Shown piece after piece: positions 18,577 to 26,505 of a stretch of DNA of 26,505 nucleotides. A program made the translations under genes and the position numbers. This DNA comes from Polyangiales bacterium (GTDB taxonomy: Bacteria; Myxococcota_A; Polyangia; Polyangiales; Houyiibacteriaceae), in assembly GCA_045106895.1 (NCBI GenBank), contig JBGCFM010000273.1, forward strand, positions 1 to 26,505. The letters are read 5' to 3'. Within the stretch, counting starts at the first letter, position 1. Each line of letters starts with the position of its first letter. The notes under the pieces are model-generated. The model was not told the origin of the DNA and did not search any database. It saw nothing but the letters and a program-made list of their open reading frames with translations.

Positions 18577-20136
18577 TCAATCATCCACCTGGTTCAAGTA
18601 CTCTTCGAGCAACGTATATCCACTCGCTTGAACTTGATTGTGGATAGAAGCGTCGCCCGCGATTCCTTGGCGTGCGAGCCAGGCTTCTGGGATGTGAGGG
18701 TTCGATTGGTAGAAGTCCGCGGGCCTTGAGTTGTTTGCCGTTGGGATTTCCTCCAGCGCAATCGTGTAGGTGACCTCCTCGGACCCATCCCCCTGAAACT
18801 CCGTGATGCCCTTCTCGATGGCGTCGGCATCTATCGCGTCTCGTTCCTCCACCACGTTCCCGTTGTCGTCGATGTATTTGTAGGCGCCAACGAAAGGCAA
18901 CACGCTTGTCTTGAGACTGTCTGCCGGAACGATGTTGAGGGTTTCTAGGTTGTTGTATGCAAACGCGACATCTACGAAACTTGAAGCGGGAACAGGGTCT
19001 TCTCGTGGGCGATCGAAATCGGTCCACTCGAAGACGCCAACGTCGGGATCGAGGTAGTTGTCGCTCTCGAAAATTCTTCCGGTACCTCGACCGTTGAAAT
19101 ATGCGGCGTGTGCCAGCTGCACGCTTCGGCCGCCCTTCGAATAGTAGTTTCCAACGTGGTTGAGGGTGTAAGACCAGTCGTCGATTCGAATCAAACGCGC
19201 GAACCAGTTGTGAGCGAAGTTGTTGACGACATCGATCCTTGAAGGACCTCCGATTTTGCCCGGCACTCGATGACCTACGTTGATGAAGACGTTGTTGAGG
19301 ATGCTGATCGTCTCGTTGTGCGTGTCATCTGGCGGGGTCGTGTCCGCCAAAATGGTCCCGAGCCCGGAGTCGTAGAACAGACAGTGCTGAATGGTCTTGC
19401 CCAGCGTGAGCTCCCCGTTTGAGGTCATGCCGATGGCGACCTCACCGGCTTCTACATGGGAAGCGGAGATGTGGTCGAAGATAATATTGTTGCCGTCGTT
19501 TGACTGGAGGATGCCCTCGACGTTCGTTGTCGAACGCCCTTTGATGTACCGGACGATGACATTGTCGACGCCGAAGAATCGCACTTTGCCGCCCGTGATC
19601 GTAATGTTCCCTTGAGGCGCGCTTTGTCCTGCGAGGGTGACCCCTCCTAAGCCGCCGATCACTAGGTCACCGCTCAGCTCGATGATGCCGCTGACATCGA
19701 AGACGATGGTCCGGTCGTTGTCTCGGTTGCTCTCATCTGTGAGAGCCCATCGCAAAGAACCTTCGCCGCTATCGTCGAGGTTCGTGACGTGGATGACGTC
19801 GCCACCTCGACCGCCCGTGGAGTAAGCGCCGGCTCCCATCGCCGTTGGGAACGCCAAGAGCCTCCCTTGCGTGTCGATGCAGCGATCGCCTGCGCACACT
19901 CCCTCCGGACAGGTCTCGGCGTTGCATCCCGGCTCGCTGGCGTCGGCCGCGTCCGCAAGGGAAACGTCGGCGAGGGGCACATCCGCAAGAGGCGCGTCGG
20001 CGAGAGGTGCATCAAGCAACGTTGCGCTGTCGGTACTACGAGCGTCCGCTACGGAGCCATCGGGCGGCTCTGTAGCGCCATCGTCACATGAGCAAATGGT
20101 GGCCAGTAGTGTGAGGGAGAGAAGAACGAATCGCAT
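18577..20136 (-). CDS. Lipoprotein pectate lyase-like beta-helix protein (PL1-related)
   Basis: AFPTAMGAGAYSTGGRGGDVIHVTNLDDSGEGSLRWAL, IVFDVSGII, TLAGQSAP, IFDHIS, C-terminal GYTLLEEYLN; start moved to ATG 20136 (ICS-CDDG). Confidence 0.88.
   Translation of the reverse strand: MRFVLLSLTLLATICSCDDGATEPPDGSVADARSTDSATLLDAPLADAPLADVPLADVSLADAADASEPGCNAETCPEGVCAGDRCIDTQGRLLAFPTAMGAGAYSTGGRGGDVIHVTNLDDSGEGSLRWALTDESNRDNDRTIVFDVSGIIELSGDLVIGGLGGVTLAGQSAPQGNITITGGKVRFFGVDNVIVRYIKGRSTTNVEGILQSNDGNNIIFDHISASHVEAGEVAIGMTSNGELTLGKTIQHCLFYDSGLGTILADTTPPDDTHNETISILNNVFINVGHRVPGKIGGPSRIDVVNNFAHNWFARLIRIDDWSYTLNHVGNYYSKGGRSVQLAHAAYFNGRGTGRIFESDNYLDPDVGVFEWTDFDRPREDPVPASSFVDVAFAYNNLETLNIVPADSLKTSVLPFVGAYKYIDDNGNVVEERDAIDADAIEKGITEFQGDGSEEVTYTIALEEIPTANNSRPADFYQSNPHIPEAWLARQGIAGDASIHNQVQASGYTLLEEYLNQVDD
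19954..20013 (-). repeat. Intragenic 15-bp x4 repeat encoding DAPLA DAPLA DVPLA DVSLA
   Basis: Read directly in the linker of the lyase. Confidence 0.85.
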
Positions 20137-20251
20137 CGACGTGAATATCGTCAGCACTGAAACTCTTGTCAAACCACTGCAGAGCGAGTGTATTTCTCAA
20201 AAACGCCGCTCGTGACCCAAGCTGCAGAGTCACGATGGCGTCCGACAACGT

Positions 20252-20878
20252 ATGCACTTACCAACGACCCGTGAATCCTTTCGTCTTTTCGCTCCCCTCC
20301 TCACGGTTCTCGTGTGCGGCTGCGGAAGCGAGTCCGTGCGACCTGAGTCAGCCAATGCCGGCGCGCCATCGGAGACGGCCGAGGAGACGGTCGCGGAAAC
20401 GGCCGCGGAATCGGCCGAAACGTACCCTCTCGACATCCAGGTAAGGCCCGGACCGACGGGCGTTGACCGTATGCCCGAAGGTCTCGTCACTACGGACCAA
20501 GGCCTACCGCTCTGTCGAGACCACGCGCCCAATCTCCAGGCACTCGCGCTTCCGCACTTCTTCGGTGTGCGGCGTGACGGACGCTTCATGGGCTTCGTGC
20601 ACGTTGACGATGCGAGCTCCCCGATACGCTTTGAGCCGCGTACGTCTGGAGCAGGCCCCACGCAGGAGTCCTTGGGGCAGAGCCTCGAGCTGCGCGCAAG
20701 CGAAGGACGCCTGCTCTTGCGCTACTCCGCACGTGCCGAGACTCAACGCGCAAACTGCACTCAGATCGTTCAGCGCGGCGACCCACTCTATGCGGATGCC
20801 CTTCGCACATACCTAGTGAGCCAGCGATACACCATCGCGGAGGCTGAGGACCTGCCATTTGGACCCGGCGAAGAGTGA
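20252..20878 (+). CDS. Lipoprotein, hypothetical
   Basis: LLTVLVCG-C lipobox, ETAEET linker repeats. Confidence 0.7.
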   Translation: MHLPTTRESFRLFAPLLTVLVCGCGSESVRPESANAGAPSETAEETVAETAAESAETYPLDIQVRPGPTGVDRMPEGLVTTDQGLPLCRDHAPNLQALALPHFFGVRRDGRFMGFVHVDDASSPIRFEPRTSGAGPTQESLGQSLELRASEGRLLLRYSARAETQRANCTQIVQRGDPLYADALRTYLVSQRYTIAEAEDLPFGPGEE

Positions 20879-20887
20879 AGTCGCTCC

Positions 20888-20916
20888 GAGGGTTTCCGAG
20901 TTCCGAGGACACCCTC
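20888..20916 (+). other. Intergenic hairpin containing the GGACACCC core (terminator- or REP-like)
   Basis: GAGGGTTTCC-N9-GGACACCCTC, 9/10 pairs, followed by TTT. Confidence 0.45.
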
Positions 20917-20969
20917 TTTCGTGGCGAGCCTCCGTCACCGGTGAGCGCCAGGTCTGATATCGTCCCCCC

Positions 20970-21638
20970 GTGGACCTCGTACTTACCCCCGTCGTCGAGT
21001 TCAGCCCTTCAAAGTACCAATCAAGCGATCACCCGTGGCCGACGCTCACCTCCGCCGAGAGTCCTCAAGCGTGGGACACCTATTGGCGCACGTGTTTGAA
21101 CGACGCCGGCATCGGCGACCTTAAGCCCGTTGAAGTAGGGTCCCAGTGGGTCCCAGTTCGCCACCTTCTCGAAGTGCACGTTCTCGACGCCCTTCTTCAC
21201 GCAGAGCTGGGCGACGTCGACGAATGGTGCGCCGATTTCATTAGTCCCTTGGAAGGCGGCTACATTCTGGCGACGTCGAAGGTTCACCTTAGACCGGGGT
21301 GCTGCGGCGACTTATCGAACCTCGAAGAATGGCGGCGCGCGGCGGAGCACCAATCGGAGAACTGGGCAATGGTCTGGATCGGACATCCGTGGACGCACGT
21401 CTGCGCGAAAGCGGATACCCTCACCTTCCTCCCACCCACCGAGGCAGACCCACCCGTCGACCCCAAGGCACTGTGTCACCTCCCACGCGAAGCTCTGAAA
21501 GCCGCCGTTGATGCTGCCGACGAGGTCGTAAGGGCGTTCGGCGAGCGACTTCGACCGAGGATCGCAGCCATGGACCCAACGGTGCCGGTGGATGACGTGC
21601 TCGAGGTCATGCTGAGGGGACACTCTTCTGTCGACTGA
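20970..21638 (+). CDS. Hypothetical protein (GGY...PGCCGDL..L.EW...WIGHPW)
   Basis: 222-aa ORF with motif-like W/C/G residues; TGaTATCGT extended -10 6 nt upstream of the GTG. Confidence 0.8.
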   Translation: MDLVLTPVVEFSPSKYQSSDHPWPTLTSAESPQAWDTYWRTCLNDAGIGDLKPVEVGSQWVPVRHLLEVHVLDALLHAELGDVDEWCADFISPLEGGYILATSKVHLRPGCCGDLSNLEEWRRAAEHQSENWAMVWIGHPWTHVCAKADTLTFLPPTEADPPVDPKALCHLPREALKAAVDAADEVVRAFGERLRPRIAAMDPTVPVDDVLEVMLRGHSSVD

Positions 21639-21680
21639 CTCTCACCCCTGCTGAAGTCGATCCCACGTACTCACTGGCCT

Positions 21681-22343
21681 TCACGCGTACTCGTTAGGAA
21701 ATCGGTGAAACAGCTTGAGCCGCGCGCTCGCCGCCGCTGACACACGCTCGTGCGGATCTTTCTCAAGCACTCGAAGTGCGCGGCCATAACGTTTTCGACT
21801 CCACATCAGGTTCGAGATCGCATCGGCTGCTTGCTGCGGGTCCCCGTCCTCGATGAGCTTTCGTGCGACAGCAAACGCATCCGGCACATCTCTGAGAAGG
21901 TGACCGACGGTGGTTCTGAGCGACGAGTTCTCCCGAAACATATGCATGAGGAACGCGACTCCAGCCTCGCCCGTGAAGCCTGCAAATACTTCGAGGAGGT
22001 CCGGTCGAAACCCAACGTCTTCTCGGTGGAGCATACGCGCCGTAAACCAACGCTTGATGTGCTCTTTGTCCTCGGGCCGCCCCCAGGACGCGAGCACCCG
22101 CGCGGCGAGCGACTCGTGCCCGGACAGCCGACTGTCAAGTGCCGCAAGAACGAACGCACGGACTCCTTCATCGTCTTTTGCCCCAGGAGGCTCTGTTCCG
22201 ACAAACGACCGCAATCGCTTCGAAGTTTCACGAGTGCTCAGTCGGTCGGACACGAACGAACAGCCTAGTCGCCGAGGAGCGGCCGGCCAAACGGCGTGCT
22301 CAATAATCCACTTGCTCCACGGTTCGGGGCCTCTCTCGGACAT
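21681..22343 (-). CDS. HEAT-repeat-like helical protein
   Basis: AARVLASWG, LIEDGDPQQAADAISNL, LEKDPHERVSAAASARL. Confidence 0.65.
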   Translation of the reverse strand: MSERGPEPWSKWIIEHAVWPAAPRRLGCSFVSDRLSTRETSKRLRSFVGTEPPGAKDDEGVRAFVLAALDSRLSGHESLAARVLASWGRPEDKEHIKRWFTARMLHREDVGFRPDLLEVFAGFTGEAGVAFLMHMFRENSSLRTTVGHLLRDVPDAFAVARKLIEDGDPQQAADAISNLMWSRKRYGRALRVLEKDPHERVSAAASARLKLFHRFPNEYA

Positions 22344-22401
22344 CGCGTCCTATTGTGACGACCCTACTCGGAGTACCCTCGACGCGGTGAAGGAGTGAGC
22401 G

Positions 22402-23754
22402 ATGTTTCTCATACACGACGATGGATACGCACGGCTCGGGTGGGATCTTAGGCACCAGTCCGGTGGAACCGTGCACCTCGCATCCTTCACGTTTCACTCC
22501 GGTGTTGGCACAACCCGAAGTCTCACATCGAGTCGCCGCTTCGCCTCCGCTGAGGAACGTGACAGCGCACTGGCCTCGTTCGTCGAAGGCAAGCTCTCCA
22601 TGGGCTACCGGAAGCTGCCGAATGCCGGGTTCTCTGGGGCAATGCAAGGTCCACAAGTACGTCCACGGCCCAGGCTCTATAACAAGACGGAGAAGAGGCT
22701 CCTTGGTGACGCGGAGGACGAACGGACCTGGCAAGAGCATGCAGACGAAGTCCGCACCGAGGAGCCTGCTCTCTCGGAAATACCACTGGCTCTGCGTATC
22801 GCCATGGAGCCCTATCATCACACCCATGGCTACGGCGAGGCACGGACTCTGGCTCCGCTGCTCCAAGGGGAGTGGCGCCACGGCTTCATCTTGCGTGCAA
22901 GTCTCTCCATCGAATCACGCTTGAACGATAGCGTTCAAGATGTCGAGATGCTCAGAGCGCTGGCCGGCTGGGAAGGCGCGAAGTTCCTCCGTAGTCTCAC
23001 GGTCGGACGAGTCGTGCACGGGGGATGGTCGGGGGACCAAAGCTTCCAGCGCATTCTCGATGCGCTGGTGTTCTACGCGCCCTGCTTCCCGCTTCGGGAG
23101 CTGAGCATCGTGGGCTCCTCACGCTGCGTCGATAGAGACGGCGGCTACTCGGACAACGATGGTTCGTCGTGGACTCGATGCCCTCAGAACATCGGCCAAC
23201 TCTTGTCAGCGTTCACCGACCTACGAGCGCTCTCCGTCGACGCCACCATCATCCAGATGGCTCGGCTACGTCATGAGACCTTGGACTCTCTTCGCATCCG
23301 ATGTGGAGTCTTCTCCGATGACAACGCCCAGGCTCTCGCCTCTGCAAAACTCCCGCGTCTCACTCGACTCGAGCTCTCGTTTTGTCATCGGGAAGGATTT
23401 GTCGACGGAGAAGCCAGGCAGGTTCGTACGATTCTCGAAGGCCACGCCTTTCCGAAACTTGAGTACCTAGCGATCCAGAATACGCGGCACCTCAACGAGG
23501 TTGCGGAGGTCATCGTAGCCTCAGCGCTTCTGCCTTCGCTCTCGCACCTTGATATGTCCGGGGGCGGCCTTGATGACCAAGGAGGGAAACTCCTGCTCCA
23601 ACAAGAGGAAGCGCTGCGGCACCTCACGACCCTCGACTTGCGGCGGAACCACTTAGGCCCTGACCTTGTCGACACCCTGCAGCACGCCTTCGGCGATGCC
23701 GTGATGCTGGAGGAACAGACCGCGCCGCTGCCTGAGCCGGAGTTCGACGATTAG
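22402..23754 (+). CDS. WGR-like domain + leucine-rich repeat protein (myxobacterial/planctomycete TIGR02996/STM4015-like architecture)
   Basis: FASAEERDSALASFVEGKLSMGY (WGR C-terminal helix), WRHGFI, LRRs LPRLTRLEL, FPKLEYLAI, LSHLDMS, LTTLDLRRNHL; AAGGAG SD. Confidence 0.82.
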   Translation: MFLIHDDGYARLGWDLRHQSGGTVHLASFTFHSGVGTTRSLTSSRRFASAEERDSALASFVEGKLSMGYRKLPNAGFSGAMQGPQVRPRPRLYNKTEKRLLGDAEDERTWQEHADEVRTEEPALSEIPLALRIAMEPYHHTHGYGEARTLAPLLQGEWRHGFILRASLSIESRLNDSVQDVEMLRALAGWEGAKFLRSLTVGRVVHGGWSGDQSFQRILDALVFYAPCFPLRELSIVGSSRCVDRDGGYSDNDGSSWTRCPQNIGQLLSAFTDLRALSVDATIIQMARLRHETLDSLRIRCGVFSDDNAQALASAKLPRLTRLELSFCHREGFVDGEARQVRTILEGHAFPKLEYLAIQNTRHLNEVAEVIVASALLPSLSHLDMSGGGLDDQGGKLLLQQEEALRHLTTLDLRRNHLGPDLVDTLQHAFGDAVMLEEQTAPLPEPEFDD

Positions 23755-23782
23755 CCGCAAGAACGCTTCACCTGCACCTTGT

Positions 23783-24421
23783 TCAATGGGACGCCGCGGC
23801 TCCCCAAAGCTCGCGGAGTCGGCGATCACGGCCGCATCCTGAACGGTACCTGTTGTATCGCGTCGGGTTCGTTCGGTAGTAATCCTGGTGATACTCCTCG
23901 GCGTCGTAGAAGTAGGTCGCGCTTGTAATCGGCGTCACGATACGTTGACCAAGCTCGGACTCAGCGGCGCGCTTTGACGCGTCGGCCTGGACGCGCTCCT
24001 CGTCGTTGCGCACAAAGATGCCCGTGCGGTACTGCGAGCCACGGTCGCAGAACTGACCGCCGTCGTCCGCCGGGTCGATGTTGCGCCAGAACACTTCGAG
24101 GAGCTGCGCGTAGGTGATGGTCGCAGGATCGTAGACCACACGTATCGCTTCCGCGTGGCCCGTGCTGCCTCTTGAAACCTGGCGGTAGGTCGGCTCGTCG
24201 ACGCGCCCATCGATGTAGCCGCTCACCACCGCGCCCACGCCGTCGAGTTGCTCGAAAGGCTTCTCCATGCACCAGAAGCAACCACCCGCGAAGTAGGCGG
24301 TCTCAAGACCAAGCGCGATGGCCTGCGTTTCGTCGGGTGGGCGCAAGGCGGCTGCGCTCTGAGCGGGCGGGCCGCAGTGAGAGAGGGAGGCGAGAGCGGT
24401 GAGAGCGACGAGGAGGCGCAT
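23783..24421 (-). CDS. msrA: Peptide-methionine (S)-S-oxide reductase with export/lipoprotein signal
   Basis: AYFAGGCFWCME, SGYIDG, PTYRQV, TGHAEA, GQFCDRGSQYR, AEEYHQDYY. Confidence 0.97.
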   Translation of the reverse strand: MRLLVALTALASLSHCGPPAQSAAALRPPDETQAIALGLETAYFAGGCFWCMEKPFEQLDGVGAVVSGYIDGRVDEPTYRQVSRGSTGHAEAIRVVYDPATITYAQLLEVFWRNIDPADDGGQFCDRGSQYRTGIFVRNDEERVQADASKRAAESELGQRIVTPITSATYFYDAEEYHQDYYRTNPTRYNRYRSGCGRDRRLRELWGAAASH

Positions 24422-24517
24422 ACAATAGCGTATGAGCGCAGGGCGTTTTTGTTAGCCGAGGTGCGCTCAGCAGCCTCGCTCAAGTAGCGCCACCCTTCAC
24501 AGCTGGTAGAACCCCGG

Positions 24518-25408
24518 ATGACGTTCCGGTTCGGCTTCTTCTTCGTCCTTGTCGCCTGCGCGCCCCAAGCGTCTTCCACGTCAACGACTCCCGACCCATC
24601 GGCGGAACCCACAACCGGCGCGGAGACTTCAATTCCCGACGGGTTCACCGAGATCGAACCTGGGTTACTCTTTCGCGAGGCGAGCGTTCAGAGAGGGGAG
24701 CGTGTGACGACGGTTTGGCTCTATCGGCCGACCCGACTCGAGCCCGGAACGCACCCCCTCGTCGCCGTGGCGCCCGGAGGGAGCAACCTCCTCACCGGAA
24801 TGGGCCTCGCGGACGGCGATCGGCCAGAGCACCTCCCTTATGTGCGCGCCGGCTTCTTGGTCGTTTCGTACTCGCTGGACGGTGCGTTGAGTCCAAACGC
24901 CAGCGATGTAGAGTTTGAGCAGGCCGTGCGGCACTTCGGAGCAGCCGCCGCCGGAACCGAAGACGCTCGGGCCGCCGTCGAACTCGCGACGGAGGTCCTG
25001 CCGGTAGATCCGAACCGAATCTTTGCCGCGGGCCACAGTTCAGCGGCCACCCACGCCTTGCTCCTCGCCTGCACTCAGCCGCAGCTCTTCGCAGCCGTCG
25101 CGGCATACGCGCCCGCGGTGGACGTCGAACACAACTACGCGCGGCAAGGCATCGACGATCCCGCCGTCCTACACGTGGCTCGGGCCTTCTCTCCTTCGCA
25201 ACACTGCAGTGATTTTGATCGACCCACGCTTCTCTTCGCCGCGGAGGACGATCCCGTCATTGACGTAGAGCGGATGCAGAGCTTTCACATGACTCTGCCC
25301 GCCGAGCCCCGACGGGTGCTCATCCTCGTGCCGAACGGTGGGCACTACCAACCCATGATCGAACAAGGGATCCCCGCCGCCATCGACTTCTTTGAATCGC
25401 TCTTCTAA
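24518..25408 (+). CDS. Alpha/beta hydrolase (S9/esterase-like) lipoprotein
   Basis: LVA-C lipobox; VDPNRIFAAGHSSAA nucleophile elbow; EDDPVI Asp; GGHY His. Confidence 0.88.
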   Translation: MTFRFGFFFVLVACAPQASSTSTTPDPSAEPTTGAETSIPDGFTEIEPGLLFREASVQRGERVTTVWLYRPTRLEPGTHPLVAVAPGGSNLLTGMGLADGDRPEHLPYVRAGFLVVSYSLDGALSPNASDVEFEQAVRHFGAAAAGTEDARAAVELATEVLPVDPNRIFAAGHSSAATHALLLACTQPQLFAAVAAYAPAVDVEHNYARQGIDDPAVLHVARAFSPSQHCSDFDRPTLLFAAEDDPVIDVERMQSFHMTLPAEPRRVLILVPNGGHYQPMIEQGIPAAIDFFESLF

Positions 25409-25417
25409 GCCACGTCG

Positions 25418-26505
25418 TCAGCGCGCAGGTGCGAGATACGAAAACCCGCCGCCCGCCTCAAAACGCACCGCCATCACGCCGCGGGTGACGTCGGTGAGGA
25501 GGAGTACCGCGGCCCTCGGGCCCAGCGCCCACATTCGAAACACGCTCGCCCCCTCGAATTCGATGCCGTCCGCCGGATCGAACACCCAAAGTGCCGGCGC
25601 GTCGGCGAGCTCATCGAGCGGAGCGATGCGTGCGACGAGGCCGTCACCGTCTTCCCGGTGGTGCGCCTCGACGACGACGAGCTCTTCGCCGACGGGCGCT
25701 GCCGTCTCCCAGCGGCCTCCGGTGGACAGGAGCTCGGTCGACGAGGCCTCGCAACCCTCTGCCGTACAACGGTGAGTGCCTAGCATAATGAAACCTTGCG
25801 TCGGAGGACGGAGCATTCCGGGACGCATGCCATCGGTAACGAACTCCGAGCGCCTTGAGGTGTGGGTGAAGCGCATCGCGTTCGCATCACAGCTGACGAC
25901 ATGTTGGCGGCTTGGAAAGACCGGCGCTTCGACCCAGCGAAATGCACCCTCATCCAGGATGGCCACGTGGGCCGGTGGCGAGGATTCAAAAGTGTGTAGG
26001 AGCACGGCGCCGACGAAGCCCTCCCCGCGGCACGCGCGGATCCACCCCTCTTGCGAGCCGCACTCCGCTACGCCCAGCTCGTCTTCGCGCTCTCCGAAAC
26101 GTGCAGCGTAGGTGCATTGCTCTCGTCGCCGGCGCCTCAGCAGGGTCCAGTCACCGGCGAGCGCCTCGTCGAGCGAACGGGCCAGCGGTGCTTGGTCGGG
26201 CGCACAGGTGATCGTGTCGAGTGCGACTCCCGAGAGCGTGCATTCGTGCCGCTCTCCGTCACCGCAAGAGACATGCGCGACGTGACGCGGCGGAAACACG
26301 CTCGCGTCTTGGACCACAGACGTCGCCCTGCACCGCGGACCTTCCACTACGAAGCGTGCGTCAGCGCGCGCGAGAGGTGCGGCGGGGGCCGGTGGTGGGG
26401 TCACTCCGACGGCGGTCACGGCATGCCAGGTACGCGCATACTCAGCGAGCAAGTAGAGCGCAGAGTCGACCTCCCCGCGACGGAGCGCGCTCGTCACCTC
26501 CTGGG
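25418..26505 (-). CDS. Hypothetical protein, 5' end outside the window
   Basis: Frame stays open to the window edge (at least 359 aa). Confidence 0.65.
   Translation of the reverse strand, partial: QEVTSALRRGEVDSALYLLAEYARTWHAVTAVGVTPPPAPAAPLARADARFVVEGPRCRATSVVQDASVFPPRHVAHVSCGDGERHECTLSGVALDTITCAPDQAPLARSLDEALAGDWTLLRRRRREQCTYAARFGEREDELGVAECGSQEGWIRACRGEGFVGAVLLHTFESSPPAHVAILDEGAFRWVEAPVFPSRQHVVSCDANAMRFTHTSRRSEFVTDGMRPGMLRPPTQGFIMLGTHRCTAEGCEASSTELLSTGGRWETAAPVGEELVVVEAHHREDGDGLVARIAPLDELADAPALWVFDPADGIEFEGASVFRMWALGPRAAVLLLTDVTRGVMAVRFEAGGGFSYLAPAR

Noticed and set aside
1..26505. Integron cassette array or prophage
   Set aside because: Mixed gene orientation, no recurring attC (RYYYAAC...GTTRRRY) hairpins seen, no integrase or phage genes

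Overview
GC-rich bacterial DNA that is most likely Myxococcota (Polyangiales/Sandaracinaceae-like). This is an inference from the many Cys-rich lipoproteins with 'CGDDD'/'DAG' linkers and the myxobacterial-type VWA and WGR-LRR proteins. It is an accessory region of about 28 mostly monocistronic genes in mixed orientation, about half of them predicted lipoproteins. Recognisable products are MsrA, a metaxin/FAX-type GST, a PL1-like pectate lyase, a VWA lipoprotein, a redoxin lipoprotein, an SH3b lipoprotein, an alpha/beta hydrolase, a SUKH-like protein and a WGR-like/LRR protein. Structure not shown by the ORF track: (i) a diverged duplicated module (small gene, variable Cys-rich lipoprotein cargo, TPR-like lipoprotein) whose two TPR-lipoprotein copies are interrupted by different lesions; (ii) a perfect A-B-B-C-A-B-C palindromic REP/MITE-like repeat at the junction between the copies, with half-sites at other gene borders; (iii) a candidate peptidoglycan-lytic effector with a coupled lipoprotein immunity gene; (iv) pervasive leaderless-type promoters (sigma70 and sigma54) directly abutting start codons. 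I saw no rRNA, tRNA, CRISPR array, integrase or transposase.
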